Shown here: positions 46,994 to 58,118 of the stretch, piece after piece
Layout: each line of letters opens with the position of its first letter
How positions within the stretch are numbered: position 1 is the first letter of the stretch
DNA from: a virus
Lineage: Duplodnaviria; Caudoviricetes
Direction: 5' to 3' (one strand)
IMG/VR virus record: IMGVR_UViG_3300010348_001730
Span: 29,822 to 93,821 of that record
Length of the DNA stretch: 64,000 bases
The notes under the pieces: generated by a model
What the model saw: the letters and a program-made list of their open reading frames with translations, nothing else
Told to the model about the DNA's origin: nothing
Databases searched by the model: none
Made by a program: the position numbers and the translations under genes

Positions 46994-48007
46994 ATGGCGA
47001 GTATAATTTCTCCAAAAAATGTAGGTAAATTAATGGTGGCTACAGCCGTAGCTTCAGAAACAACAAATTCAACTTTTAATTCAGGAGCTTCTTTAGGTGA
47101 AGTTGCTGTAATTAAAGCAGATGGTTCGGCTATTGCTGCAAACTTACCATTTAAAGTAATTCATAAAAAAGATACTTCTTTGACAGGTGTAGATGCTTCA
47201 GATACAATTGATCCTTTACAGATTGATTATGTTAAAGTAGGTACGTATTCTCCAGAATTACCAAAAATAATTACTGTGAGTGGTTTTACAGGAACTCCTA
47301 TTGCAAACGCTACTTATAGAGTATCTATTCGTAAGTTTGATGGAATAGGTTCTCCTCAAAACTTTAGACATATTCATGGTTTTGTAGTAACAAGTGTTAA
47401 TAACACTTTAACTTATACTGATATTTTAAATCAATTAGCAGCAAACTTAAATGCTTCATTGAAGAGAGATAATGAATATAAAGAAATTCAAGTTACTGTT
47501 TCAGGCTCAACTTTAGTTTTTACAGGTCAAGTACAATCTTTTAAACTTGGTAAAATTGCAGGAGATCCTGTTAATTTTGAAATAGAAACTTCAGTTAAAG
47601 ATAATTCTCCAGCAACACTTGCTGCAGCTGGAACATCTTATAACATATTAACAACTACTTTAACTCAAGGTATTAAAGCAGGTGTTGGTACTGGAAAACA
47701 AGTTTCTTTAGCTGAATATTCATTAATGGGTTATGAAAATGCTGATTATGGTCGTGAAATGGGATTCCCTAACAATTTTGACCCAACATATTTAGCAAGT
47801 CCTACAGGAACTTATAATTGTGTTGTAATTGGATATCATAAAGATAGAACTGGAGTAAATGTAGAAAGACAATTTAAAGAATTACATGTTGTTTTTCCTT
47901 TTACTGTAGGTACAATTGCTTCAAACTCATTAACAAATGACTTTTTAGCAAAACTTAGAACAGTTGCTCCAAATGCAGGTGTTCCTGCTAATTTAGCAAC
48001 ATCGTAA
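46994..48007 (+). CDS. Structural protein (auxiliary capsid-like)
   Basis: Beta-rich, followed by terminator; synteny. Confidence 0.55.
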   Translation: MASIISPKNVGKLMVATAVASETTNSTFNSGASLGEVAVIKADGSAIAANLPFKVIHKKDTSLTGVDASDTIDPLQIDYVKVGTYSPELPKIITVSGFTGTPIANATYRVSIRKFDGIGSPQNFRHIHGFVVTSVNNTLTYTDILNQLAANLNASLKRDNEYKEIQVTVSGSTLVFTGQVQSFKLGKIAGDPVNFEIETSVKDNSPATLAAAGTSYNILTTTLTQGIKAGVGTGKQVSLAEYSLMGYENADYGREMGFPNNFDPTYLASPTGTYNCVVIGYHKDRTGVNVERQFKELHVVFPFTVGTIASNSLTNDFLAKLRTVAPNAGVPANLATS

Positions 48008-48020
48008 TAATAACCTAACA

Positions 48021-48060
48021 AAAGGAAGAAGAGAGAAAAATTTCTTCTTCCTTTTTTTTT
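48021..48060 (+). terminator. Intrinsic terminator
   Basis: AAAGGAAGAAGA/TCTTCTTCCTTT hairpin plus T run. Confidence 0.8.
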
Positions 48061-48069
48061 ACAAAAAAT

Positions 48070-48648
48070 ATGGCAGTAGTAATAAATAATTTTGAAATAA
48101 TTAATAGTGGTACCCAATTAGCAATAGACGTTCAAACAACTGTTGGCTATGATATTACATCACTAATGTTATGGAATATTAATACATTTAAAGATTATTC
48201 TTTAGCTGTAAATTTAAATTACAAACTTGAAAATTCTAATAATAGAGAAGTAATTATTGTAACAACTTCTGAATTAGGTATTTCAAAATTTGAAGATATA
48301 TATTTTATTGAAGTTCAAGATAATGCTCCAAATGAAGATTGTCCAGAATGTTTATATCCTGCATTAGGTATTACTTATAGTTTAACAAATTATTACCAAT
48401 GCATGTTAAATTTTTTATTAAAATCTGAAATTGATAATTGTTTAAATTGTAAAGATACAAATTCTAAAAATACATTAATTACAATTTCTTTATTAATTGA
48501 TTCAATAGAAAAGTCAATCGATTTAGGTTATTATTTACAAGCAATTTCTACAATAAATAAATTAAAAAAATTATGTTCTTTAGAAGAATGTAATGAATGT
48601 GGAAATGTATCGTGTACTTCTTGTAGTAAATTTAAACAGATTGTATAA
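48070..48648 (+). CDS. Cys-rich tail-associated structural protein
   Basis: Cys clusters; position in tail module. Confidence 0.5.
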   Translation: MAVVINNFEIINSGTQLAIDVQTTVGYDITSLMLWNINTFKDYSLAVNLNYKLENSNNREVIIVTTSELGISKFEDIYFIEVQDNAPNEDCPECLYPALGITYSLTNYYQCMLNFLLKSEIDNCLNCKDTNSKNTLITISLLIDSIEKSIDLGYYLQAISTINKLKKLCSLEECNECGNVSCTSCSKFKQIV

Positions 48649-49295
48649 TGATTGAAATAGATGATAATAATCACATACCTGTCTTAATAAGTTCTTTAGA
48701 TAAAATTTATAACAAATCAAAAATTACAGGATCTTTAAGTTCAAAAAATTTATATATTTTAAATATTGTATTTAAATTATTAAATGGATGTTGTTTAACA
48801 TTAAATAATGAACAACGAAGAAAATTAATGGCTATTTATAGTAGTATATATTTTAATTCTCAAGATATCTGTAAAGTTAAAAATTTAATAAAATATCAAA
48901 TTCCGGTAAAAACTAAATTTTTTCAAGCTGAAACAATTGATTGTAACACTTATCCTAAATTTGAAAACGTTTTTTATTGGCAAGAAGAAGATTATTCTAC
49001 AACTTACAATGATTTGTTACCTTTAGTAAATCAGACAGGATATTTTACAAATAAACAACAAGATTCATTAATTTCTTTTAATGAAGGTAAATTAATAAAC
49101 TACACTAATATAGGTAGATTATGTTTTGCTATTCTTGAATCAAACAATAGTAGTTATAATTTAATAGACATATTAAATAATAATGTAACAGATACATTTG
49201 ATACACATTATTATCAAGATATAAATACAACATTATTTGTATCAAAATATATTTATTCAAATGGTGAAATTAATTTTAAAATAATAAAAACATAA
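48648..49295 (+). CDS. Putative tail-associated protein
   Basis: Position in tail module. Confidence 0.45.
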   Translation: MIEIDDNNHIPVLISSLDKIYNKSKITGSLSSKNLYILNIVFKLLNGCCLTLNNEQRRKLMAIYSSIYFNSQDICKVKNLIKYQIPVKTKFFQAETIDCNTYPKFENVFYWQEEDYSTTYNDLLPLVNQTGYFTNKQQDSLISFNEGKLINYTNIGRLCFAILESNNSSYNLIDILNNNVTDTFDTHYYQDINTTLFVSKYIYSNGEINFKIIKT

Positions 49296-49296
49296 T

Positions 49297-51207
49297 ATGT
49301 CACAAGATTCAAACAATATCCCAAAAGGATTAAATATAACCACACAAATTCCATTAGATGTAAAAAGATATGCTTTAAATGAAGACACGTTATCTCACTT
49401 AGGAGATAATAATCAATTAGCTTTTACATATTATGATGGTTTAAGAGTATATTGTGTTGCTGAAAAAACAATATGGGAATGGAAAGAAGTTTTATCAGGA
49501 CAAGAAGATACTGGATTATTATTTAATGGTGATTTTACATATCCTTCTAATATAACTACTTTCGGAATAACTTATTCTAATAAAAAATATAATTTTTTTA
49601 AAGTAGAATATGTTAACAAAGCTGATGAAAAATCTTTCGACGCTACTTCTTTAGGAACTGGTCAACCAGTATATAAAGATAAAACTGTAAATGGAAACGA
49701 CACAGTATTTAATTTTAAAAAAATAGATGTTGTTAATGCTGGAACAACAGGTATTCCAGTTCTTTCTGGAATATCTACAGTTGGAGATAGTATTTTAATT
49801 AGTGGAAAAAGATTAAAAACAAATAATTTAGAAATAACAGAAGCTTCTGGTGAAATTACTATAAATACTCCAATAGATGTAAATAATGTTATATTTTATG
49901 TAAATGTAAATTCTTTAGCTACAGAAGAAACTGGAACAATTTCTAAACCATTTAAATCTTTGAAAAAAGCATTTGATGCTTATATAGATGCTCCAAATGG
50001 AGGAACAATATTACAACCAGGATATGCTCAAACAGGTGTTATAGAACTATTGAGCGATGTTATAGTTCCAAGTACTGGAGCCGATGCTATGACTTATTTA
50101 AGTATAAATCAATTAAGATTAAGGGGTAATGGTTTTACAATTTATTATAGAGGAACTCAAGATTACTTTATATCTACACAATATTTATGTAACTTAGATC
50201 CAAAAACAATAAATGGAAAATTAGATAACACAATCTTTATGTCTTTTAAAGATGTTACCATTATTTCAGAAACAAAACATAAAATGATTTATAATTTAAA
50301 TTATAAATCTCCAAGTATATCTACCTTTCAAAATAGTGTAGGTATTGATTTTGAAAATTGTAAAATTTACGATACAGCATATCAAGAAGATTTTAGTAGT
50401 TATTCTTCTGTTGGAACATTATTTGGTGGTACAGTTTACGCACAAAACACTTTACCAACTACAAATTATATGATAGTTAATAAAGATATTAATTGGTATG
50501 GTGAAGGTGGATTTACAATGAAAAATTGTAAAATTGTAGGATCTTCTTCAACATTAGTTTATAATTTAAATACTTCAACTTCATGGTATAATATTGACAT
50601 GAATTTTAATAATTATTATACTAATTATGAAACAGAAGCATCTTCTGTATATAGTCCAAAAGATAATTTATTTTATATTATAAACAGGACAGATGGAACT
50701 TCTGGTAGAAGTAATGGTTATATTAGAATTGAAAATTTTAGTCAAACTAATCAACAAGGTTATTCTGGAGGCTTTATTATTGGTGGAGAAGAGGCTTTTT
50801 GCAAATCAATAGGTCATTCTCAATTAATACTTGAGTCTGGAAAATTTCATTCTGACAGAATGAAAAATTTAATTCAAATTGACAGTTTAGATGGAGAAGT
50901 TACTTTAAATTATTTAGATACTATTGCTGTTCAAATTTCTGATAATACTTATGGTTCTTTTAAATATATTGGATCTTTACCTTTAACACCTAAAACTGTT
51001 TCTGTTACTGGTTCAAATATAAAAGATGTAAAAAACTGGACAACTAATCAATTTATAAGAGTGACTGCACCTTCTGCGACTATTAATGGTACTTATTTTA
51101 ATGATTTACCGACTTATGCAGATAATACGGAAGCTTTAACTGGTGGTTTAATACCAGGAAATATTTTCTTTAATACAAGCACTAAAATAGCAACTAGGGT
51201 TTCTTAA
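49297..51207 (+). CDS. Tail fibre/spike-like protein with beta-helix region
   Basis: IPLDVK N-terminus, GTISKPFKSL motif, beta-rich body, LPTYADN.EA..GGL C-terminus. Confidence 0.65.
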   Translation: MSQDSNNIPKGLNITTQIPLDVKRYALNEDTLSHLGDNNQLAFTYYDGLRVYCVAEKTIWEWKEVLSGQEDTGLLFNGDFTYPSNITTFGITYSNKKYNFFKVEYVNKADEKSFDATSLGTGQPVYKDKTVNGNDTVFNFKKIDVVNAGTTGIPVLSGISTVGDSILISGKRLKTNNLEITEASGEITINTPIDVNNVIFYVNVNSLATEETGTISKPFKSLKKAFDAYIDAPNGGTILQPGYAQTGVIELLSDVIVPSTGADAMTYLSINQLRLRGNGFTIYYRGTQDYFISTQYLCNLDPKTINGKLDNTIFMSFKDVTIISETKHKMIYNLNYKSPSISTFQNSVGIDFENCKIYDTAYQEDFSSYSSVGTLFGGTVYAQNTLPTTNYMIVNKDINWYGEGGFTMKNCKIVGSSSTLVYNLNTSTSWYNIDMNFNNYYTNYETEASSVYSPKDNLFYIINRTDGTSGRSNGYIRIENFSQTNQQGYSGGFIIGGEEAFCKSIGHSQLILESGKFHSDRMKNLIQIDSLDGEVTLNYLDTIAVQISDNTYGSFKYIGSLPLTPKTVSVTGSNIKDVKNWTTNQFIRVTAPSATINGTYFNDLPTYADNTEALTGGLIPGNIFFNTSTKIATRVS

Positions 51208-51217
51208 ATTATTACTC

Positions 51218-51622
51218 ATGTCAACAATTCAATGTAACGAAATAAATCAAACAATAAATGAATTATTAATTGCTTTTCAAGATTGTGTTAGAATAAAAAA
51301 TTCAGATTTAACAAAATTAGTTGAATTAGTAGCTGCTGTAAATGAATGTGCTAATGGAGGTTTACATTATGATACAAAAACACAAGAAATTTTTGAACCT
51401 TTAACAGATACAGTTGTAACATATCCTGTTAATTCTTTTCATGCAATTTCAATTTTAGTTTTGAATGGTCAGATTACACAAACTATAAATACAACTGTAG
51501 TAACATTTCCAGCAGGTACAACATTAAACACAGAATATACAACATTAAATCAAACCGCTGTTACTTTTACTGTAAAAGCAGGAAGTAAAGTAGTTGTTGA
51601 ATATCTAACACAAACAATATAA
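51218..51622 (+). CDS. Putative structural protein
   Basis: Tail module, Thr/Val-rich. Confidence 0.45.
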   Translation: MSTIQCNEINQTINELLIAFQDCVRIKNSDLTKLVELVAAVNECANGGLHYDTKTQEIFEPLTDTVVTYPVNSFHAISILVLNGQITQTINTTVVTFPAGTTLNTEYTTLNQTAVTFTVKAGSKVVVEYLTQTI

Positions 51623-53553
51623 TGGCAGAAATTAATAATTCATTAGGTACAAATTCTGGAACAAATATAACAAAAACATCTGAATTAATAAATGACGGTG
51701 AAAACAATACTTCTACTTATGTTGAGGTAAGTGATTTAGAAAGTGTTGCTTTTACAGGTAATTATAATGATTTATTTAATTTACCAACAATTCCTTCAGG
51801 AAATACTAATTTAACATATAGTCCTTCTTCAACAAACGGTATTGTAAATAGCGATACTGGAACAGATGCTACAATTCCATTAGCTACAAATATAAACGCC
51901 GGTTTATTAAGTCCTAATGAAAAAAGTTTAATTTCTACAGCAATACAAACAGAAGATTTAAGTGATGTTGCTTTTTCTGGAAATTATAACGATTTAAATA
52001 ATTTACCAAATTTAAATTTAAAAGAAGATAAATTTAATAAAGGAATAGCGAATGGGTATGGTTCTTTAGATATAAATGGTAAACAACCTCTGTCAGAAGT
52101 AAACGATGCTTTAATAGGTAATATTCATTGGAAAGGAATTTATAATGGAACAGTTATAATTTCTTCTCCAGATACAGGATTAATAGGTAATGCTTTACCA
52201 ACACCTTCTTCTTCTAATACAGGCTGGTATTTTATTGCACAAGGTTCTTTTACAAATAGTGGTAATAATTATGAAACTGGTGACTGGATTATTTCTGATG
52301 GTTTAACTTGGAATAAAGTAGACAATACTGACGCTGTATCTTCAGTAAATAGTAAAGTAGGAAATGTTGTTTTAAATACAGATGATATTTTAGAAACAGG
52401 TACTCCTACTAATAAATGGTGGAGTAATTTAAGAACTATTACTTCAAATTTAACAGGTTATATTTCTGGAGCAGGTATTATAACTGCTGCTGATACTATT
52501 CTTTCAGCTATACAAAAGCTTAATGGAAATATTAATAATTTAATAACAGGTGTCAGTAGTGTATTTGGTAGAACAGGTGTTGTTACAGCACAAACTGGAG
52601 ATTATAATACAGAACAAATAACTGAAGTTACAAATAAAAAGTTTGTTACAGATGCTTATTTAACAGTATTATCAAATACTTCTAATACAAATACAGGCGA
52701 TGAAACAACAGCTACAATTAAATCTAAATTAGGTGTTGCTTCAACTTCCACAGAAGGGTATTTAACAAATACAGATTGGAATACTTTTAATAATAAACAA
52801 AATACTATATCTTATACTACACAGGAAGATTTATGGACTTGGCAAAGAACTAAAGGTGCATATATTTTTGAAGATTTCTTAGGAAGAAATGATAATGTTG
52901 GTATACCTACTGCATTTGGTATTACTTCTGAATCTTCAGGAACAGGAGCTGTAAATAGAACTACTGGAACTTTTCCAAATAGAACAAATCAAACCGGAGT
53001 ACTTCTTTTATCTACAGGAACTACTGCTACAGGTAATGGAATTGTTAGATTAGGTTCCGCTAATGCACCACAACATTATATAGGAAATGGAGCTATTAGC
53101 TATGAAACATATGTAAATATTGAAACATTATCTAATTCGATAAATAGTTTTACATCAATAATAGGTCTTTATACAGGAGGTAACGTAAGTAATACCTCAA
53201 ATGGTATTTTCTTTTTATATGATGAAGGAGGTGTATGGAACGGCGGAAGTTTAGGAGCATCTCCAAATTGGAGATGTGTAACTGTAAATACATTTACTAG
53301 AACTACTACAAATTCAGGCGTGGCAATTTCAGCAAGTGGCTGGGTTAAACTTGGTATTGAAATTAATGCTGCAGGAACAAGTGTTGGATTTTATATAAAT
53401 GGTTCATTAGTAGCTACTCATACTACAAACATACCTTCTACATCTACTGCGATGCATTGGTATAATTTATTTAATAAAACAGCAGGTACTACTTCTGTAA
53501 ATATGTATTTTGATTATATTGCATACAGACAAATTTTTACAACAAATAGATAA
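51622..53553 (+). CDS. Tail fibre protein
   Basis: VAF.GNYNDL repeats, VSSVNSKVG/VSSVFGRTG, GYLTNTDWNTFNNKQ, lectin-like C-terminus. Confidence 0.75.
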   Translation: MAEINNSLGTNSGTNITKTSELINDGENNTSTYVEVSDLESVAFTGNYNDLFNLPTIPSGNTNLTYSPSSTNGIVNSDTGTDATIPLATNINAGLLSPNEKSLISTAIQTEDLSDVAFSGNYNDLNNLPNLNLKEDKFNKGIANGYGSLDINGKQPLSEVNDALIGNIHWKGIYNGTVIISSPDTGLIGNALPTPSSSNTGWYFIAQGSFTNSGNNYETGDWIISDGLTWNKVDNTDAVSSVNSKVGNVVLNTDDILETGTPTNKWWSNLRTITSNLTGYISGAGIITAADTILSAIQKLNGNINNLITGVSSVFGRTGVVTAQTGDYNTEQITEVTNKKFVTDAYLTVLSNTSNTNTGDETTATIKSKLGVASTSTEGYLTNTDWNTFNNKQNTISYTTQEDLWTWQRTKGAYIFEDFLGRNDNVGIPTAFGITSESSGTGAVNRTTGTFPNRTNQTGVLLLSTGTTATGNGIVRLGSANAPQHYIGNGAISYETYVNIETLSNSINSFTSIIGLYTGGNVSNTSNGIFFLYDEGGVWNGGSLGASPNWRCVTVNTFTRTTTNSGVAISASGWVKLGIEINAAGTSVGFYINGSLVATHTTNIPSTSTAMHWYNLFNKTAGTTSVNMYFDYIAYRQIFTTNR

Positions 53554-53891
53554 TGGTTAAAAAAATTTTTAATTCTATATTTAAAGATGTTTTGAATAAA
53601 GAAACATTTTTAAAAAATAGATGGCATTTACATACTTTAGGAATACTTCCTTTTAGTATAATTTTTGGATATTTTTCTAAATATTTTAATTTTCAAAATA
53701 ATTTTGAAAAAATTGGAGAATATTTTATACCAATTTTTGGTATATTTTTAATTTCTTTTAGTGTTGAATTATTTCAGCAAGGTAAAAGAATAATTGGTGA
53801 AAATGAACGTTTTGAAAGTAATAAAGACGGTGTTTTTACAACAATAATTGGTAGTATATTTTTTATTATTTTTAAACTAGTTTTTAATTGA
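53553..53891 (+). CDS. Membrane protein (holin candidate)
   Basis: 2-3 TM helices upstream of endolysin. Confidence 0.5.
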   Translation: MVKKIFNSIFKDVLNKETFLKNRWHLHTLGILPFSIIFGYFSKYFNFQNNFEKIGEYFIPIFGIFLISFSVELFQQGKRIIGENERFESNKDGVFTTIIGSIFFIIFKLVFN

Positions 53892-54316
53892 TGATACAAG
53901 TTTTTTTAGCACATTGGGATATTGTGTTAGGAGTTATTGGAATTTTAACTTCACCTATAGCGTGGATATTTGGTGGAAGACAAACCAAAAAAATGGAAAT
54001 GAAAAAAGGTTCAATAGATGCAATTAGTTCTATGCAAACTCTTTATGATAATTTTTTACAAGATTATAAAGATAGAATGAATGAAGTTATTTCAGAACTT
54101 GTTTTTGTAAAAGCAAATAATACAGAACTTCAAAGACAATTTAACGAGTTACATTTACAATACGCAAAAGAAATAGAAAGATCTCAAAATTGGGAAAAAT
54201 TGCATAATGAACTTAAATTAAGATATGATTCGTTGACTAAAGCTTATGAATCTTTACAAAAAGACCATGATAAACTTAAAAAGGATTTTGAAAACCATAA
54301 AAAAAATAATAAATGA
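53888..54316 (+). CDS. TM-anchored coiled-coil protein (holin/antiholin-like)
   Basis: N-terminal TM plus coiled coil, adjacent to lysozyme. Confidence 0.55.
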   Translation: MMIQVFLAHWDIVLGVIGILTSPIAWIFGGRQTKKMEMKKGSIDAISSMQTLYDNFLQDYKDRMNEVISELVFVKANNTELQRQFNELHLQYAKEIERSQNWEKLHNELKLRYDSLTKAYESLQKDHDKLKKDFENHKKNNK

Positions 54317-54786
54317 AATTAGATAGTAAAGGTTACGATTTAATAAAAGAGTTTGAAGGTTTGTCTTTAAAACCTTATTTGTGTCCTGCAGGAGTTCCTA
54401 CTATAGGATACGGTAATACTTTTTATCCTAATGGTAAAAAAGTTACAATGAAAGATCCTATTATTACAAAAGAAAGAGCTCATGAAATATTAGTATTTGT
54501 TGCAGATCTTTTTGCTAAAGACGTAGCTACATTAATAAAATCAACAGTAACACAAAATCAATTTAATGCGCTTGTAGATTTTGCGTATAATCTCGGTACA
54601 GATATTGATGCTGACGATATTGCTGAAGGTTTAGGTGATAGTACTTTACTTAAAAAAGTAAATAAAAATCCTAATGATCCTACTATCAAAGATGAATTTT
54701 TAAAATGGAACAAGGCTAATGGTAAAATATTAGACGGATTAACTAGAAGAAGAACTGCGGAAGCAAAATTATATTTTACAAAATGA
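54313..54786 (+). CDS. Endolysin, GH24 lysozyme
   Basis: IKEFEG, CPAGVPTIGYG, QNQFNALVDFAYN, GLTRRR.AE. Confidence 0.92.
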   Translation: MKLDSKGYDLIKEFEGLSLKPYLCPAGVPTIGYGNTFYPNGKKVTMKDPIITKERAHEILVFVADLFAKDVATLIKSTVTQNQFNALVDFAYNLGTDIDADDIAEGLGDSTLLKKVNKNPNDPTIKDEFLKWNKANGKILDGLTRRRTAEAKLYFTK

Positions 54787-55778
54787 AAATAAATTTTAAT
54801 TTAGACGAAAGAAAAATATCTAAAGAAAGTAGAAATAAAATATATGATCTTGGTCAAATATCTACAACTCTTCAAGATTTATTAAATAATTCTGAAATTA
54901 CAATTACTGATAATTTAATACCTATTATTTCAGTAACAAATACTGATGACATAATAAGTTATTACTTATTACCTGATTTAAAATACGATTATTCTAATAT
55001 TTCTAGAAGAAATACTTTAAATATATTAGAAACAGATTTAATTCCTTTATCAGGTAGTTCTTCATCAGGTGGTTCTGGAACTACTCCAACACTTCAAGAA
55101 GTTTTGGATACTGGAAATATTAGTTCTACAGGATTTAATATAAATCTTTCTCCAACAGATAATACTACGTCAGTTAGTAATATTTTTAGTGTTCATAGTA
55201 ATATTATTGGCTCAGGTTCTAATTTATCAGATTCTCAACTTACTTTTTTTAGTCCTATTCCTGGTGATTTTACAACATATTCTAGTAATTATTTTGGTAA
55301 AACTGAAAACTCAAAAAATACAACAGTTCTTTTTGAAACACCTTCAGGAATGAATGATATATTCATTCCCGATAAAAGTGGAACATTACTGGTTTCAACA
55401 GATTTACCAAAAACGTATCGTGCAACAATTACTCAAACAGGAACTTCCGCTCCAACAACAAATATATTACAAAATACAGTTGCTCCAGGATTAACTTGGT
55501 TAAGAGACGCTGTTGGTACATATAGATTAAATTTAACAGGTGCTTTTCCAGAAATTAAAAGATTTTTACCAATATTTCCAAATGATAATAATGGAGTTGT
55601 AAATTATTTACCAGTTACGAATACTGTTGCAGAGGTTATTTCAGGTTATTATACAATGTATTTTGGAAGTGAAGATGATTTGTTTTTATTAACTGTTGAT
55701 GAAACATTTACACCAATAGAAATGGAAGATTTATTTTTTACTTCTAGATTACCTGTTGAATTTTATATTTATAATTAA
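54783..55778 (+). CDS. Tail fibre-like structural protein
   Basis: TPTLQEVLDTGN, PDKSGT, YRATITQTGTSAP modules. Confidence 0.6.
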   Translation: MKINFNLDERKISKESRNKIYDLGQISTTLQDLLNNSEITITDNLIPIISVTNTDDIISYYLLPDLKYDYSNISRRNTLNILETDLIPLSGSSSSGGSGTTPTLQEVLDTGNISSTGFNINLSPTDNTTSVSNIFSVHSNIIGSGSNLSDSQLTFFSPIPGDFTTYSSNYFGKTENSKNTTVLFETPSGMNDIFIPDKSGTLLVSTDLPKTYRATITQTGTSAPTTNILQNTVAPGLTWLRDAVGTYRLNLTGAFPEIKRFLPIFPNDNNGVVNYLPVTNTVAEVISGYYTMYFGSEDDLFLLTVDETFTPIEMEDLFFTSRLPVEFYIYN

Positions 55779-56386
55779 TGGAAAATAAAAAAAAATCTTT
55801 TATTCTTTATCTTATAATTTTTATTTTATTTCTTTGTAATTTTATTCCAAGAAGTTGTTCTAAAAAACAAAATTCTTTAATAATTCCTAAAATAGAAGGA
55901 AAATTTGATACAATTAAACCTAAAGAAGTTAAAGGAAATAAAGAATATGTTTATATTACTAAATATAAAACTAAAATAGTTACTACTCATCCTGTTAATG
56001 ATTCTGTAGTTAAAGAGTTTGAAAAAGCTTCTGATTCTACTAAAATTAATATGTTTATGGAAAAAACTAAAATAAGACAGTATAACGAAGTATTTGAAAA
56101 TGATACTATCAAACTATCAATCTTTGCAGAAACTGCAGGAGAGCTTCTTAAAATGAGTCCTAGCTGGGTTATAAAAGAAAGAAAAATGCAAATTAAAGAA
56201 AAAGAAACAGTTTTTGCATTATATGGAGGTATAAAAGTTTATAATAACATGATGTTATCTAACCCTGGAATTGAAGGAAATTTAGGTTTTCAAATTAAAA
56301 GAGGAGATATCATTGAAGCAGGATATGATACAAATAAAAATATTTTAGTAGGTTATAAATATAGATTACTAAACATAAAAAAATAA
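55778..56386 (+). CDS. Spanin-like membrane protein
   Basis: N-terminal TM, RSC, C-terminal beta strands ending GYKYRL; lysis neighbourhood. Confidence 0.5.
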   Translation: MENKKKSFILYLIIFILFLCNFIPRSCSKKQNSLIIPKIEGKFDTIKPKEVKGNKEYVYITKYKTKIVTTHPVNDSVVKEFEKASDSTKINMFMEKTKIRQYNEVFENDTIKLSIFAETAGELLKMSPSWVIKERKMQIKEKETVFALYGGIKVYNNMMLSNPGIEGNLGFQIKRGDIIEAGYDTNKNILVGYKYRLLNIKK

Positions 56387-56454
56387 ATTACAAAATAAAT
56401 TTGGATTTATTAAATAATAATATTATATTTGTACTTTAATTTAAAAAATAATCT

Positions 56455-57387
56455 ATGCATTTAGAACAAATCAAATCTTTTTTAAGAGAAAAAAAAGGAT
56501 ACTTAAAAGAAGGTGGTAAAAGACTTGCTAAAATTTTAAAAATATCTAATGTAGAATTGTGTAAACAAGCTATTAGAGAAGTTCAGCGAGAATTAAGATT
56601 TAAAAAAATTAGTAAAGCTAAAAGATTATTCTATGATATTGAAACATCTTATAACATAGTTAAATCTTGGAGAACTGGATATGGTCTTACAATACAACCT
56701 GGAGATATAATTCATGAAAGAGCTATTATGACAATAGCTTGGAAATGGGAAGGTGAAGACACTACTTATTCTATGTCTTGGGATAAAGGAAATGATAAAC
56801 ATTTAGTACAAAAATTAGTAGAATTGCTGAATGAAGCTGATGAAGTTGTAGGACATAATATAGAAAAATATGATACTGCTTTTTTAATGACAAGAGCATT
56901 AGTTCATGGAATATTAGCGTTACCTAAATATAATCAATTTGACACACTTAAAAAAGCTAGAGCTTATTTTAATTTTAATTCTAATAAACTAGACTATTTA
57001 GCAAAGTTAATGGGATTAAATGGTAAGTATGAACATGCAGGAATGAAAATGTGGGATGATATAATCATGTACGATATTCTTGGAGTAGGTTCTCAAAAAA
57101 CAAGAGATGAAGCTATGCAAGAAATGATGCATTATAATTCAATAGATGTTATACAAACAGAAGAAGTTTTTAACAGATTAAGAGTTTATACTGAGCATGA
57201 AACACATCATGGTGTAATAATGGGTAAACCTAAATTTACATGTCCTAATGATGGTTCAGAAAATGTAGAATTAGTTAAAACTTACGTTACTAAAACAGGT
57301 TACATAAAGAGAATAATGAGATGTAATGATTGTGGTCAATCTTATATTTTAAGTAACACTGAATATTTAAAATTTTTAAACAAATAA
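56455..57387 (+). CDS. RNase H-like (DEDD) exonuclease with C-terminal Zn ribbon
   Basis: YDIET, GHNIEKYD, SNKLDYL, YNSIDV, CPND...CNDC; host-type promoter at 56400-56431. Confidence 0.8.
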   Translation: MHLEQIKSFLREKKGYLKEGGKRLAKILKISNVELCKQAIREVQRELRFKKISKAKRLFYDIETSYNIVKSWRTGYGLTIQPGDIIHERAIMTIAWKWEGEDTTYSMSWDKGNDKHLVQKLVELLNEADEVVGHNIEKYDTAFLMTRALVHGILALPKYNQFDTLKKARAYFNFNSNKLDYLAKLMGLNGKYEHAGMKMWDDIIMYDILGVGSQKTRDEAMQEMMHYNSIDVIQTEEVFNRLRVYTEHETHHGVIMGKPKFTCPNDGSENVELVKTYVTKTGYIKRIMRCNDCGQSYILSNTEYLKFLNK

Positions 57388-57391
57388 TATT

Positions 57392-57420
57392 AAGCCTCTC
57401 TATATTACAGAGGGGCTTTT
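57392..57420 (+). terminator. Intrinsic terminator
   Basis: AAGCCTCTCT/AGAGGGGCTT hairpin plus T run. Confidence 0.7.
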
Positions 57421-57434
57421 AAGTTTATATAAAT

Positions 57435-58118
57435 ATGGCAAGCACACTCCAAGTTATATATGATGTCAAAGAGACTCTTAAAAAATATAGCGATGATTCA
57501 GATTATGACAACAGACATATTCTATATCTTTGTAATTTAAAAAGAGCTAAATTTCTTAGACAATTATTAGACGATAAAACAAGAAATTTTGATCCAATAC
57601 TAATGCAATCTTTTTGTTTAGGATTTGAAGAAGTTAGTAAAGATCTTTGTGGTATTACTACATCATGTACTGTGATGAGAAGTATTAAACCTCTTCCTAG
57701 ATTATTACAAGTTAGAAATAGAAATACATTAGTATCTGTAAAATTTGCTGAAGTATTTGCTAAAACATTAAAAATAATTGATTTTAGTCAAGCACCATAC
57801 GTGTTAGATAAACCTTACAATAATAGTATTTATCTTACTATTGATAGTAATAATTATGTTTATATGATTTCTAAATTACCAGAACATAAAATGATTGAAT
57901 GTTTATATTTTACAGGAGTTTTTGAAAATCCTAGTGAATTAGAAGATTTTAATAGTTGTTGTAATTGTAATATAGTCAAATCTTGTTTTGATGAAGACAC
58001 AGAATATCCTGCACCATCTTTTATTATTGATTTAATAAGAGACGAAGTAGTTAAATTATACATAACTACTAAAGAAAAAATGATCGAAGATAAAGACAAT
58101 AACTCAGATGATAATTAA
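57435..58118 (+). CDS. Tail ring-like structural protein
   Basis: YSDDS, GVFENP, D..YP, DNNSDD; crAss synteny. Confidence 0.6.
   Translation: MASTLQVIYDVKETLKKYSDDSDYDNRHILYLCNLKRAKFLRQLLDDKTRNFDPILMQSFCLGFEEVSKDLCGITTSCTVMRSIKPLPRLLQVRNRNTLVSVKFAEVFAKTLKIIDFSQAPYVLDKPYNNSIYLTIDSNNYVYMISKLPEHKMIECLYFTGVFENPSELEDFNSCCNCNIVKSCFDEDTEYPAPSFIIDLIRDEVVKLYITTKEKMIEDKDNNSDDN

Noticed and set aside
49297-55778. Diversity-generating retroelement acting on tail fibres
   Set aside because: No reverse transcriptase and no template/variable repeat pair were seen in the window.
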